NCBI GenBank assembly: GCA_944392295.1
Contig: CALXWE010000003.1
Span: 83,502-147,501 of the forward strand
DNA: 64,000 bases
Reading direction: 5' to 3'
Origin: an uncultured Alphaproteobacteria bacterium
Lineage (GTDB): Bacteria; Pseudomonadota; Alphaproteobacteria; RF32; CAG-239
Shown: positions 20,575-29,635 of the stretch, piece after piece
Layout of the letters: each line of letters starts with the position of its first letter
How positions within the stretch are numbered: the stretch's first letter is position 1
Notes under the pieces: model-generated
Databases searched by the model: none
What the model saw: the letters and a program-made list of their open reading frames with translations, nothing else
Told to the model about the DNA's origin: nothing
Made by a program: the position numbers and the translations under genes

Positions 20575-23500
20575 TTACTCTCTTCCGCCGCTTCTTACCA
20601 TATTAGAAGCTTTTTGCGAAGATTTGGTTTGTTTCGGAACACTGAACGTTACCGAATAAACCTTGCTGCCGTCGCTCATCTCATGGTCAACTCCGTGATT
20701 TTCAAACTTGACCAATCCTCTTTGCGACATTGCCTCTAAATATCTGTATGTTGTTTTATCTCTTAGCTCGGCACTCCATTCGCCTCCGATTTTATGAATG
20801 CGTTTTATTAACTCACCAAATAACTTCTTTGATGAGGCATTCTTATCCGTCCTGTATTCCGGTAATACCGCCATATCGTAAATATTTCTTTCTTCTTTAT
20901 CATATAAGCAATATCCTACAACCCCTTTAGCCTCATCTACCAACGCTAAGCCTGATAAATTCTTCGGCACCTGCAACCTTTTATCTCCTTGAGGGAAACA
21001 CTCTTTCGATATTTTACCCATTGCATTAATATCCCAAAAGCATACATCCCTTATAAACCTTTTACTTTCTTGACTTTTATCCAAAGGTTTAGCATTCAAG
21101 TTTTCTGCCAATAATACTTGCCCTCCATCGGCATCACTATAACCATCCCCATATTGCTTAGGTAACCCTATATCCTCAGTTTGCTTATATTTGGAAATAT
21201 CCGCATCAGAATTCCCCTTACCGATGGTTACTTTATGACAGTTGCACTCTTGAGTTAAATATTTACCTGCCGTTTCATATATCGTATTTATTAACGGATT
21301 CTTGCCTTGGTCTCCTATTGCTTCAATATTATCAAAGCACACATCTCTATACTTGCCTTCCTTGTTCTCCCATACCCAACTGCCGGCTATTATCTGACCT
21401 TCTTTATTCTCTATTACAAATAGCTGTGAGTACGGGTCCTTAACCGTGGAGATGGCACACTCTCTTCCTATGCCATCAAAATGTTGGCAACAATCCGTGT
21501 ATTGCCCGAAAAAGCCTACCCTGACATCATCTCTGGGCAAAAATTTTCCCGTATATTGACCGAACTTAAACTCCTTGCTGCTGTCAAACGGTTCAGGAAC
21601 CATCAATCCGGCATGATAAATGCCTTCCCAGTTCTTATAATCTTGCGGCTTTACTGCCCATCTTGCCGCCTCTAAGGCAAAATTATCATCTTCTTGATCT
21701 TCATATTTACGGTTTTTACATATTGATAATGCTTCTTTATACGATATTTTACCTTTCTCTACATTTATATAATCCCAGTTCCTTGCTATAATTCCCATCT
21801 CCGATAATGAATGAACCTTTTTTTGACCGGAGATACTATCATCTATCAAATGATTTTTTACAAAAATCCTGAAACTTTCTCTTTTACTTTCAGACATTTT
21901 ATCCGGCAACCAATAAACCGCATCGTGCACCGATAAGTACTTCTCCGTCTGTTTTATATATGACGGGAAATAGCTACCAAATATCTCTGCCGCTCTAAAA
22001 CTTGCCGAAACTAACCAATCTTTGTTGGAAGCATATATTTCATTATTATATCCTTCCTTACGGTATTTATTTGTATCTTCATTGATAATACCTTTTGCTT
22101 GTTCCAACTTACCCATCATAACATTCATACATTTATGCTGGGCCGATAAACTCATACTTGATAACTTATCCAAACCATATCGTTCATAGGCATATTTTAT
22201 TTCATCATTTGTAGAAAATCTCACATTATATGCAGCTTGCAATATTTTGTCGTTATGTACCGTTCGATCTATATCTTGATAAAAATCTTCCGGCTTATGA
22301 TATTTCATACACTGAGCGCATACACTTAAGGCTCGTCCATTATCATCATCAACTCTATCTTGAAGATTCTTACTCAATACAATATTCATGACCTCAGAAG
22401 CTAAATTCGGTTGGGCTTTAACTATTTCTCCTAAAGCAGGATAGACTTCCCTTAGTGAATAGTAATTATTCTTTCCATTTTTTAGAGCAAACTTTAATGT
22501 ATCAAAGACTTCAGAAGCTAAATTGGGTTGAGCTTTAGTAATTTCTCCTAAAGCAGGATAGGCTTCACTTAAAGAATCACTATCATTCTTTCCTTTTTTT
22601 AGAGCATGCTTAAAAGTATCCAATACTTTAGAAGTCAAAGTCGGCTGTGCTTTAGCAATTTTTCCTAAAATATTATAGGGCAAACCTAGTGAATAATTAT
22701 TACGTTTTAAAGCAATCTTCAAGTTGTCAAAAACTTCAGAAGCTAAATTCGGTCGGACTTCAGCCATTTTCATTAAAATATAATACGCCTCTTTTAGTGA
22801 ATATTTATTATTATTTTTATTTTGCAAAGCAAGCTTCAATGTATCCAATACTTCAGAAGCTAAATTCGGCTGGGAGTTAGCTATTTTTCCTAAAGCGACA
22901 TAGGCTCTGGTTAGCGAATACGAAGCATTCTCTGTATTTTGCAAAGCAAGCTTAAATGTATCAAATACTTCAGAAGCTAAATTAGGTTGGGCTTTAGCAA
23001 TTTCTCCTAAACCAATATAGGCTACAGTTAGCGAATACGAAGCATTCTCTGTATTTTGCAAAGCAAGTTTCAAAGTATCAAATACTTCAGATGCTAAATT
23101 CGGTTGAGCCTTAGCTATGTCTCTTAAAACAGTATAGATCTCTTTTAAAGAATCTTTATCGTTATTTTCATTTTGTAAAGCGAGTTTAAAGGTTTCAAAT
23201 ACTTCAGACGCTAAATTCGGTCGAGGTATAGCAATTCTTGCTAAAACATGACAGACCATTTTTAAAGAATCTCTATCATTCTTTTTATTTTGCAAAGCAA
23301 GTTTCAAAGTATCAAAGACTTCAGAAGATAAACCCGGTTGAGATTCAGCAATGTATCCTAAAACATAATAGCCCCCTTCTAAAGAATCGCTATTATTATT
23401 TTCATTTTGCAAAGCAAGTTTAAAAGTATCAAATACTTCAGAAGCTAAATTCGGTTGAGCTGTAGCAATATCTCCTAAAACGTAATAGGCTCCCTTTAGC

Positions 23501-23712
23501 GAATAGAAATTATTCTTTTCATTTTTTAGAGCACGCTTAAATGTATCTAAAACATTAGAAGATAAATTAGGTTGATTCTTCACAACATCATTTAAAAAAT
23601 GATATGAATCATTAAGTGAAGAACCATCTATGTCACTACTTTGAAATCTACTTTTAAGAATATCTAATTTTTCTTCCCATTCCGTCATTTGCATATCCTC
23701 TGCCGAATACAC
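20575..23712 (-). CDS. 1045-aa repeat protein: about 10 HEAT/ARM-like 39-aa repeats, an unknown central region and a C-terminal GNAT-like domain
   Basis: Residues ~47-445 are tandem QPNLASEVFDTxKLALQNxxNxxxSLxxAYxxLGxIAxA units. C-terminus ...VVGYCLYDKEERNIYDMAVLPEYR...KLFGELI... has a GNAT beta4-alpha3 pattern. Confidence 0.8.
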   Translation of the reverse strand: MYSAEDMQMTEWEEKLDILKSRFQSSDIDGSSLNDSYHFLNDVVKNQPNLSSNVLDTFKRALKNEKNNFYSLKGAYYVLGDIATAQPNLASEVFDTFKLALQNENNNSDSLEGGYYVLGYIAESQPGLSSEVFDTLKLALQNKKNDRDSLKMVCHVLARIAIPRPNLASEVFETFKLALQNENNDKDSLKEIYTVLRDIAKAQPNLASEVFDTLKLALQNTENASYSLTVAYIGLGEIAKAQPNLASEVFDTFKLALQNTENASYSLTRAYVALGKIANSQPNLASEVLDTLKLALQNKNNNKYSLKEAYYILMKMAEVRPNLASEVFDNLKIALKRNNYSLGLPYNILGKIAKAQPTLTSKVLDTFKHALKKGKNDSDSLSEAYPALGEITKAQPNLASEVFDTLKFALKNGKNNYYSLREVYPALGEIVKAQPNLASEVMNIVLSKNLQDRVDDDNGRALSVCAQCMKYHKPEDFYQDIDRTVHNDKILQAAYNVRFSTNDEIKYAYERYGLDKLSSMSLSAQHKCMNVMMGKLEQAKGIINEDTNKYRKEGYNNEIYASNKDWLVSASFRAAEIFGSYFPSYIKQTEKYLSVHDAVYWLPDKMSESKRESFRIFVKNHLIDDSISGQKKVHSLSEMGIIARNWDYINVEKGKISYKEALSICKNRKYEDQEDDNFALEAARWAVKPQDYKNWEGIYHAGLMVPEPFDSSKEFKFGQYTGKFLPRDDVRVGFFGQYTDCCQHFDGIGRECAISTVKDPYSQLFVIENKEGQIIAGSWVWENKEGKYRDVCFDNIEAIGDQGKNPLINTIYETAGKYLTQECNCHKVTIGKGNSDADISKYKQTEDIGLPKQYGDGYSDADGGQVLLAENLNAKPLDKSQESKRFIRDVCFWDINAMGKISKECFPQGDKRLQVPKNLSGLALVDEAKGVVGYCLYDKEERNIYDMAVLPEYRTDKNASSKKLFGELIKRIHKIGGEWSAELRDKTTYRYLEAMSQRGLVKFENHGVDHEMSDGSKVYSVTFSVPKQTKSSQKASNMVRSGGRE
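22378..23574. repeat. Tandem ~117-bp coding repeats (about 10.5 units)
   Basis: Nucleotide-level periodicity is visible (recurrent gcaagtttcaaagtatcaaatacttcagaagctaaattcggttg... blocks). Units 5 and 6 are nearly identical. Confidence 0.85.
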
Positions 23713-23866
23713 AGAATATCAATATGTATTGTTATATTTTATCTTTATTAACATATCATAAAAAATTATTTTTGTCTAGAAGTGCCAGAAAACAATTTTT
23801 AATATAAAAAACCTCCCCTTTAATATAAAAAACCTCCCCAACGGGAGGTTTTTTTAATTGCTAAAT

Positions 23867-24535
23867 TTAAGCTTCTTCTTTATTCATTTTTTCTAACAGA
23901 GCTTTCAACTCATCGTAACTTCTTACTTCCGGAATCCACTTCATATCGTCCGGCAAATCGGTGGTAAATTCGCATCTGTAACGAATAGGATGAGCTCCCA
24001 CGCCGATAGCGGCTTTTTGGTTATAAATTCTGTCATCAACCAAAACGGTTTCTTCCGCCTTCAAGCCATATTTTTCAAAGCAATACTTGAGCATATCTTC
24101 TTTGGCGGTATCGTGCATAAATTTACCGTGTTGCACGCACTCAATATGGATAATATCAATAACGGGAGCCAGCAAATTGGAGAGCAACCGCTTTTTAGTT
24201 TCAACATCAAAAGTGGCCGACATCGTAAATTGTTTATAACCCAATTTATCAAACTCTTTAATGGCCTCAATCGCTCCCGGATAAAGCGGACGATTATTAA
24301 AAAATTCCGGGCTGTGGCAAAAGTCATAATCCATTTCCACACCCATGGTCGGATGCGTTTTCAATTCCAAAGCACCGTATTTAGGCACAATCGGCAAAAC
24401 TTTAGGTAAATCTTCCCATTTAATATCGCCGTACATTTCCTTATATTTGGGGTGTTTAGTTAAAAAGTTATAATAAGCGTAATTGAGATTAGCCAGTACC
24501 CCGTCTACATCCCAGAAAATATTTTTGATAGCCAT
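23867..24535 (-). CDS. HAD-superfamily hydrolase (NT5C / deoxyribonucleotidase-like)
   Basis: 222 aa. N-terminal IFWDVDGVLA (DxDG HAD motif I). ...VLVDDR... motif IV-like. Confidence 0.65.
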   Translation of the reverse strand: MAIKNIFWDVDGVLANLNYAYYNFLTKHPKYKEMYGDIKWEDLPKVLPIVPKYGALELKTHPTMGVEMDYDFCHSPEFFNNRPLYPGAIEAIKEFDKLGYKQFTMSATFDVETKKRLLSNLLAPVIDIIHIECVQHGKFMHDTAKEDMLKYCFEKYGLKAEETVLVDDRIYNQKAAIGVGAHPIRYRCEFTTDLPDDMKWIPEVRSYDELKALLEKMNKEEA

Positions 24536-24558
24536 AAATGTCCCCTGATAAAATAAAA

Positions 24559-24635
24559 TGGCGCGCTCTGGGCGATTCGAACGCCCGACCCACAGCTTAG
24601 AAGGCTGTTGCTCTATCCTGCTGAGCTAAGAGCGC
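24559..24635 (-). tRNA. tRNA-Arg (anticodon UCU)
   Basis: Reverse complement GCGCTCTTAGCTCAGCAGGATAGAGCAACAGCCTTCTAAGCTGTGGGTCGGGCGTTCGAATCGCCCAGAGCGCGCCA folds as a canonical cloverleaf. Confidence 0.92.
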
Positions 24636-24735
24636 ATAAAGCAAAGATATAAAAACATTAACGCTGGGAAAACTTGTCGCACATTTGGAGTTATTTGTCA
24701 ACAGCAAATTATCAAGTTTTATCAACAAAATTAAA

Positions 24736-25338
24736 TTAGGCGCGTTTTTGCTGCATTCTTTTGCGTTTTTTTACGGTTTTGGGTTTTTCAACAGAAAAGC
24801 CGAATTTACCGAGCTGACGCCCCAAAGTATAATAAAATCCGTGTGCATAAGCCAACAAGCCGGCAGTTTTTAAGTCAAGAGCTCCTTTGGAGTTGATATA
24901 TTTATCATCAACATTAACCGCAACAACTTCAGCCAAAAACATATCATGACTGCCAAAGTTTGTTACCGACTTTACCTTGCATTCCAGAGATACCGGAGCC
25001 TCAGCAACTTGTACGGTATTAAGTTTGGCACACGGCAGCGGGGTTAAATTGCAAACCTTAAACTTATCAATATCGCGCCCTGATTTTACTCCGCAAAAAT
25101 CAACAACCTTAGCCAGCGGCAGATTGGGAACGTTAATTACAAACTCTCCGGTTTTACTGATAATTTCATGCGAATAGCGCGAAGGTCTTATTGAAACATA
25201 AGTAATAGTTGGATTAGTACAGACGATACCCGTCCACGCCGCCGTCATAACATTGGGTTTATCAATTGAGCCCGAAGAGATTAAAGCCGGAGGAAGAGGA
25301 GCCAACATGGTACCAGCCGGCCAAGTAATTTTTGCCAT
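24736..25338 (-). CDS. Flavin reductase-like FMN-binding protein
   Basis: 200 aa. ...PNVMTAAW.G.V...P..I.VSIRPSRYSHE.I...GEFVINV... split-barrel pattern. Lys-rich tail. Confidence 0.8.
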   Translation of the reverse strand: MAKITWPAGTMLAPLPPALISSGSIDKPNVMTAAWTGIVCTNPTITYVSIRPSRYSHEIISKTGEFVINVPNLPLAKVVDFCGVKSGRDIDKFKVCNLTPLPCAKLNTVQVAEAPVSLECKVKSVTNFGSHDMFLAEVVAVNVDDKYINSKGALDLKTAGLLAYAHGFYYTLGRQLGKFGFSVEKPKTVKKRKRMQQKRA

Positions 25339-25461
25339 ATATTTTTCCTTTGTTATAAATAATACCAGATATATACCTCTCTTTATCAGATTACTACAAA
25401 ACTTTTAACACTTATTCACAAGCTTACCAAAAAACCTCCCTTAAGAGGAGGTTTTTAAGGC

Positions 25462-25731
25462 TTACAGCTTCAACAGTTTCAGTATATCTTTAGCCAACGG
25501 ATTTTCCATTCTATAATATATGGTTTGGGCATCTCTGCGAGTTTTAACTATTCCCGTTTTACGCAGTACTGCCAAATGCTGCGACAAGGCCGATTGGCTC
25601 AAACCCACCAATTTTTCCAATGCCCCGACGCTCAATTCTCCTTTTTGTAAATTAACCAAAATCTCCAACCTTCTGGCATTAGCCAAAGCCTTTAAAAGCT
25701 CTGCGTTTGATACCTCTGATAAATGTTTCAT
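25462..25731 (-). CDS. ArsR/SmtB-family transcriptional regulator
   Basis: 89 aa. ...LKALAN..RLEIL..L..GELSVG.L...VGLSQSALSQHL..LR..G.V..RR... winged-HTH signature. Terminator at 25431-25458. Confidence 0.88.
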   Translation of the reverse strand: MKHLSEVSNAELLKALANARRLEILVNLQKGELSVGALEKLVGLSQSALSQHLAVLRKTGIVKTRRDAQTIYYRMENPLAKDILKLLKL

Positions 25732-25944
25732 ATGCCTTCTCCTTTATACATCACCATTACCAAATTAGCATAAACTCATCGGCAATAAAAGTTCTAATAA
25801 AGCTAATTGTTATATATACTTAAGCCGCAAACACAAATATATAACATATTATAACTTTGGTTTTATCAGTCAATTAAAAATAAAATGCACAAACAAACAA
25901 CAAAATATTGCCATTACAAAAATGATATACTACACTGCTAAAAC

Positions 25945-26208
25945 ATGGAGAGAAATATGAAACATGAAGAATTTGAAAAATTAAGTTTTGAAGATGCCTT
26001 GCAAAAGCTTGAGACCATAGTTCGCGACTTAGAAGGCGGACGTATTAAATTGGATGATGCCGTAGAAGCTTACGAAAGAGCGGTTGCCTTAAAAAAATTT
26101 TGTGAAGACAAACTAAAATCGGCCGAATTAAAAATCGAGAAAATAGAAATTGACAACGACGGTTCGTTAAAGTTGCAACCTCTTGACGGTATTGAAAACA
26201 ATGAGTGA
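25945..26208 (+). CDS. xseB: Exodeoxyribonuclease VII small subunit
   Basis: ...SFE.AL..LE.IV..LE.G...L.D.V..YE.... pattern. Stop overlaps the ispA start (classic xseB-ispA arrangement). The start may be ATG 25957. Confidence 0.88.
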   Translation: MERNMKHEEFEKLSFEDALQKLETIVRDLEGGRIKLDDAVEAYERAVALKKFCEDKLKSAELKIEKIEIDNDGSLKLQPLDGIENNE

Positions 26209-27094
26209 TATACAAAACAAGTTAAGCGCCTATTCATCGCGCTTTAATCAGCAAATAGAGCCTTTATTTTGCATGCCTCACGGACCACAAAAGCGTGTAG
26301 TTGAAGCCATGAAATACTCCGTATTAAACGGTGGAAAACGCTTGCGTCCGTATTTGGTATATGAAACATCGCGCTTGTTCGGAAAAAGTTTTGACGATTC
26401 TTTTTATGCTGCCGCTTCACTTGAAATGCTGCATACTTATTCTTTAATCCATGACGACTTACCGGCCATGGATAACGATGATTTGCGCCGCGGCAAGCCT
26501 ACCTGCCACAAACAGTTTGACGAAGCCACCGCCATTTTGGCCGGCGACGGACTTTTAACTTATGCCTTTGAGATATTGGCAACTTCGCCGTATGCCGATG
26601 ATATCAAGATTCGTTTAATAAGTTTATTATCACAAAACGCCGGAGCTTTTAAGGGTATGGTTTCCGGTCAAATGTTGGATTTATACGCCGAAACGGTTAA
26701 AAATCCTGAAAATCCATCAGAGCTCATCAGCCATATTGAAGAAATGAAAACCGGTTGTTTATTATCATATTCCTGCCAAGCCGGAGCCGTTATAGGTAGG
26801 GCCGATTCTTCATCTTATGAAGCCTTAACCAAATATTCGCGCTGCATAGGTATTGCCTTTCAAATTGCCGATGATATTTTGGATGTTGAAGGCGACCAAC
26901 AATTAGTTGGTAAAACTTTACAAAAAGATTCTGCTCAAAATAAGCTCACCTTTGTAAGTTGTTATGGTCTGGATAAAGCCAAGGATATGGCTAAACAATT
27001 AATATCCCAAGCCAAATCCGAAGTAGAAATATTTGGTCAGGAAAGCCACGATTTACAAGCTCTGGCTCAGTTTATAATCGACCGCAAATATTAA
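26201..27094 (+). CDS. ispA: Farnesyl/geranyl-diphosphate synthase
   Basis: Start set to ATG 26201 (MSDIQNK...). First and second Asp-rich motifs LIHDDLPAMDNDDLRRG and FQIADDILD. Confidence 0.92.
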   Translation: MSDIQNKLSAYSSRFNQQIEPLFCMPHGPQKRVVEAMKYSVLNGGKRLRPYLVYETSRLFGKSFDDSFYAAASLEMLHTYSLIHDDLPAMDNDDLRRGKPTCHKQFDEATAILAGDGLLTYAFEILATSPYADDIKIRLISLLSQNAGAFKGMVSGQMLDLYAETVKNPENPSELISHIEEMKTGCLLSYSCQAGAVIGRADSSSYEALTKYSRCIGIAFQIADDILDVEGDQQLVGKTLQKDSAQNKLTFVSCYGLDKAKDMAKQLISQAKSEVEIFGQESHDLQALAQFIIDRKY

Positions 27095-27191
27095 ACTTAA
27101 TTGTTACACTTTTGTTACAGTTTATGTTGCAATAAGCTGCGATATATGCTACACTGATTCTATAATATAATTATGGGAAAGGAGTAATCTG

Positions 27192-27593
27192 ATGACTACT
27201 TTACAAAAAACTTTCGGACAGCAGTTTCTTGAGATTTTAAATGTTGCCAAAGAAGATAAATCCAAGATGTTTACGTTATTACGTTCAACCTTGGAAAAGA
27301 TTAATCCGTTCCCCTCCGAACCGGTAAATTTTTCAGGAATGCTTGCTAAAGTTACCAACATGGAAAGTATCGCTGCCATGAAGGCTGCTCGTGCCGGATG
27401 TAATGCCCGTAACGGAGCCTACATGTTTGCCGATGACTATATCTATCTATCAGCTAAGGCTTATAAAGATCAAGGTCTAGGGGATATTGCCGATTTTAAA
27501 CGCGACTTTGATTTGTTTTTGAAAAATGACGATAAACCTAATAACTTAGCCAATGGCAAAATAAAAGAAATGGCCGCTAATCAGGGACGTTAA
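27192..27593 (+). CDS. Hypothetical protein (133 aa)
   Basis: GGAAAGGAG RBS. Terminator hairpin at 27622-27653. Confidence 0.55.
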   Translation: MTTLQKTFGQQFLEILNVAKEDKSKMFTLLRSTLEKINPFPSEPVNFSGMLAKVTNMESIAAMKAARAGCNARNGAYMFADDYIYLSAKAYKDQGLGDIADFKRDFDLFLKNDDKPNNLANGKIKEMAANQGR

Positions 27594-27785
27594 ATTACTT
27601 TAATTAACAAAACTCTTTATTAAAAAACTCCGTATAAAAACGGAGTTTTTTTATTGACATTTAAAACATATGCTGTATTTACTATATATAGATTATGTAA
27701 TGTTTGTAATGAATAAAAAAACACTTGTTTTAAAAACAAATTACCGCATAATAAACTCAATTTACATAACAGAAAGGATACAAAA

Positions 27786-28319
27786 ATGTTATTAAGTATT
27801 GCTTTATTAATGGTATTATTCACTGCCAAAGCCGCCATGGCTAATCCGGCTTGCGCCGTATGTACGGTAGCGGTAGGCGCCTCGCTGGAAATTGCCCGTA
27901 GTTTGGGCGTTGATGACAGCGTGGTCGGAGTTTGGGCCGGAGCCTTTTTGGTACTCTTAGGGTACTGGACCATTAAATGGTTTGATAAAAAGAACTGGAA
28001 CTTTAAGTGGCGCAACCCGATAATTTTAATCACCTCCGTTGCCATGATAGGCTTTATGTATATCAGCCAGATGCAATACCACGCCGAAGTAATCGGCATT
28101 TTATACCTTGACCCATTCTTGTTTAGTGTATTGGTAGGAGCTTTGGTATTAATATTTTCTTCCGATTTTTACCAATGGATGAAAGCTCGCAACGGCGGAC
28201 ACGCCCACTTCCCGTTTGAAAAAGTAGTAGTTCCGGTTGCAGCATTGTTAATCGCCAGCATTTATTTTAATTATTTTCCGATATGCGAACACACCGGCGG
28301 CGATTTGTACACTTTCTAA
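27786..28319 (+). CDS. Integral membrane protein (177 aa)
   Basis: Signal-like N-terminus plus four hydrophobic helices. Strong bidirectional terminator at 28338-28378. Confidence 0.55.
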   Translation: MLLSIALLMVLFTAKAAMANPACAVCTVAVGASLEIARSLGVDDSVVGVWAGAFLVLLGYWTIKWFDKKNWNFKWRNPIILITSVAMIGFMYISQMQYHAEVIGILYLDPFLFSVLVGALVLIFSSDFYQWMKARNGGHAHFPFEKVVVPVAALLIASIYFNYFPICEHTGGDLYTF

Positions 28320-28383
28320 ACAGTATTTATGCACAATAAAAAACAACCTTAACCGCAAATGGTTAAGGTTGTTTTTTGATGCT

Positions 28384-28848
28384 TTAACGCAAGGCCTCTC
28401 GGATTTCCATTAAAATTTTACCGAGATTGTTCTCGCCTACCCCGTTGCATATACCCCAATAAGTATCGCCCCAGGTATTGCCCTCTTCCAAAACGGCATC
28501 TCCGGTATCAAGGAGCATCTGCCTAAGTTTCGGAGAGTTACGGTACTTTTGAAAATTTAAATCGCGCAAGACGGAAAATTTAATATTGTGCCAGTCTCGG
28601 CGAACTTCATTTTCTCTGCCGACCCAATATTGTTTTGCTTCATAGGGCGTCATTTTACTGATTTTTTGCCTGAGCTCCATATCCAAAGTTTTGGCGGCCT
28701 GATAGGCTTTTTCAGTGCAGTCAAACTCCATACCGTCCCAAAAAACACTTACCTTTTCGGGATATTTATCCCCTTCTTTGTTTTTGTACGGGTAAAAGTT
28801 TGATAAAAACCTGGTTTCCGGCAGGGTAAAAGTTGCAATTTTTTCCAT
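28384..28848 (-). CDS. NADAR (YbiA/DUF1768) family protein
   Basis: 154 aa. ...FLSNFYP...F.C.EKAYQAAK..., ...KF.QN..L...LL.TG...L.E....D..WG... family hallmarks. Confidence 0.85.
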   Translation of the reverse strand: MEKIATFTLPETRFLSNFYPYKNKEGDKYPEKVSVFWDGMEFDCTEKAYQAAKTLDMELRQKISKMTPYEAKQYWVGRENEVRRDWHNIKFSVLRDLNFQKYRNSPKLRQMLLDTGDAVLEEGNTWGDTYWGICNGVGENNLGKILMEIREALR

Positions 28849-29018
28849 AACAATATTATTTTAATTTTACATACTTATTTGGTTTTTCCTCACGGTAACA
28901 AAAATAAGTTTTTATGTCAATTTCGTTTTCATCATAAAAAAATCATAAAAAAGTTGTTCTTTAGAAAATTGTGCTCTATATTATGAAAGTTAAAATTTAA
29001 TCATACGGGATAAATAAT

Positions 29019-29612
29019 ATGAAAAAAATTTTGCTGTCGTTGTTTTTATTATACGCTTTTTCGGCTAAGGCTCAAACAGCTGCTGATTTAACTAAAATAG
29101 AGAACTATCTTAACAACATAAAAACTCTTGAAGCCAGCTTTGTACAAACGGCAAGCAACGGAACGGTTTCGGAAGGCAAGTTATACATTGCCAAGCCCAG
29201 CAAAATTCGTATGGAATATGCCGCACCGACTTCGGTTTTAATTGTCGGCAACGGCGATTACGTGGTATTTAACGATAAAGAATTAGACCAGATTACCAAT
29301 ATTGACTACGATGACATTCCCGCCACCATGATTTTGGCCAACAATATTAAGATTGACAATAAAAACTTAAAAGTTACCGATTTTTATAAAGATGCCGGAA
29401 TAACTTCCATAACCTTAGAATACGGCAAAAATAAAGATGTCGGACCTATTACTTTAGTATTTAACAATCAACCGTTTGAATTAAAACAGTGGAAAATTGT
29501 TGATCCGCAAAGTGTTGAAGTAACGCTTTCTCTTTATAATGCCACCGAAGACAAACCGCTTGACGAGTCTTTATTCAAGTTTACCAAAGAAAAACGCAGC
29601 CGCCGCAAGTAG
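29019..29612 (+). CDS. LolA-like outer-membrane lipoprotein carrier protein
   Basis: Signal peptide. ...L.ASFVQ......S.G.LYI.KP.K.RMEY..P... LolA fold pattern. Confidence 0.75.
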   Translation: MKKILLSLFLLYAFSAKAQTAADLTKIENYLNNIKTLEASFVQTASNGTVSEGKLYIAKPSKIRMEYAAPTSVLIVGNGDYVVFNDKELDQITNIDYDDIPATMILANNIKIDNKNLKVTDFYKDAGITSITLEYGKNKDVGPITLVFNNQPFELKQWKIVDPQSVEVTLSLYNATEDKPLDESLFKFTKEKRSRRK

Positions 29613-29635
29613 GCTGGTAAACAACAGACCTATAA

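Noticed and set aside
22378-23574. Periodic ~117-bp repeats considered as a possible CRISPR or other non-coding array
   Set aside because: The repeats are contiguous with no unique spacers, lie inside one long ORF, and translate into a coherent 39-aa HEAT-like unit.
23799-23860. Tandem 20-bp duplication ttaatataaaaaacctcccc (23799-23818, 23820-23839) next to the cctccc/gggagg terminator
   Set aside because: It looks like a simple slippage duplication of the 5' arm of the HAD-gene terminator. There is no evidence of function.
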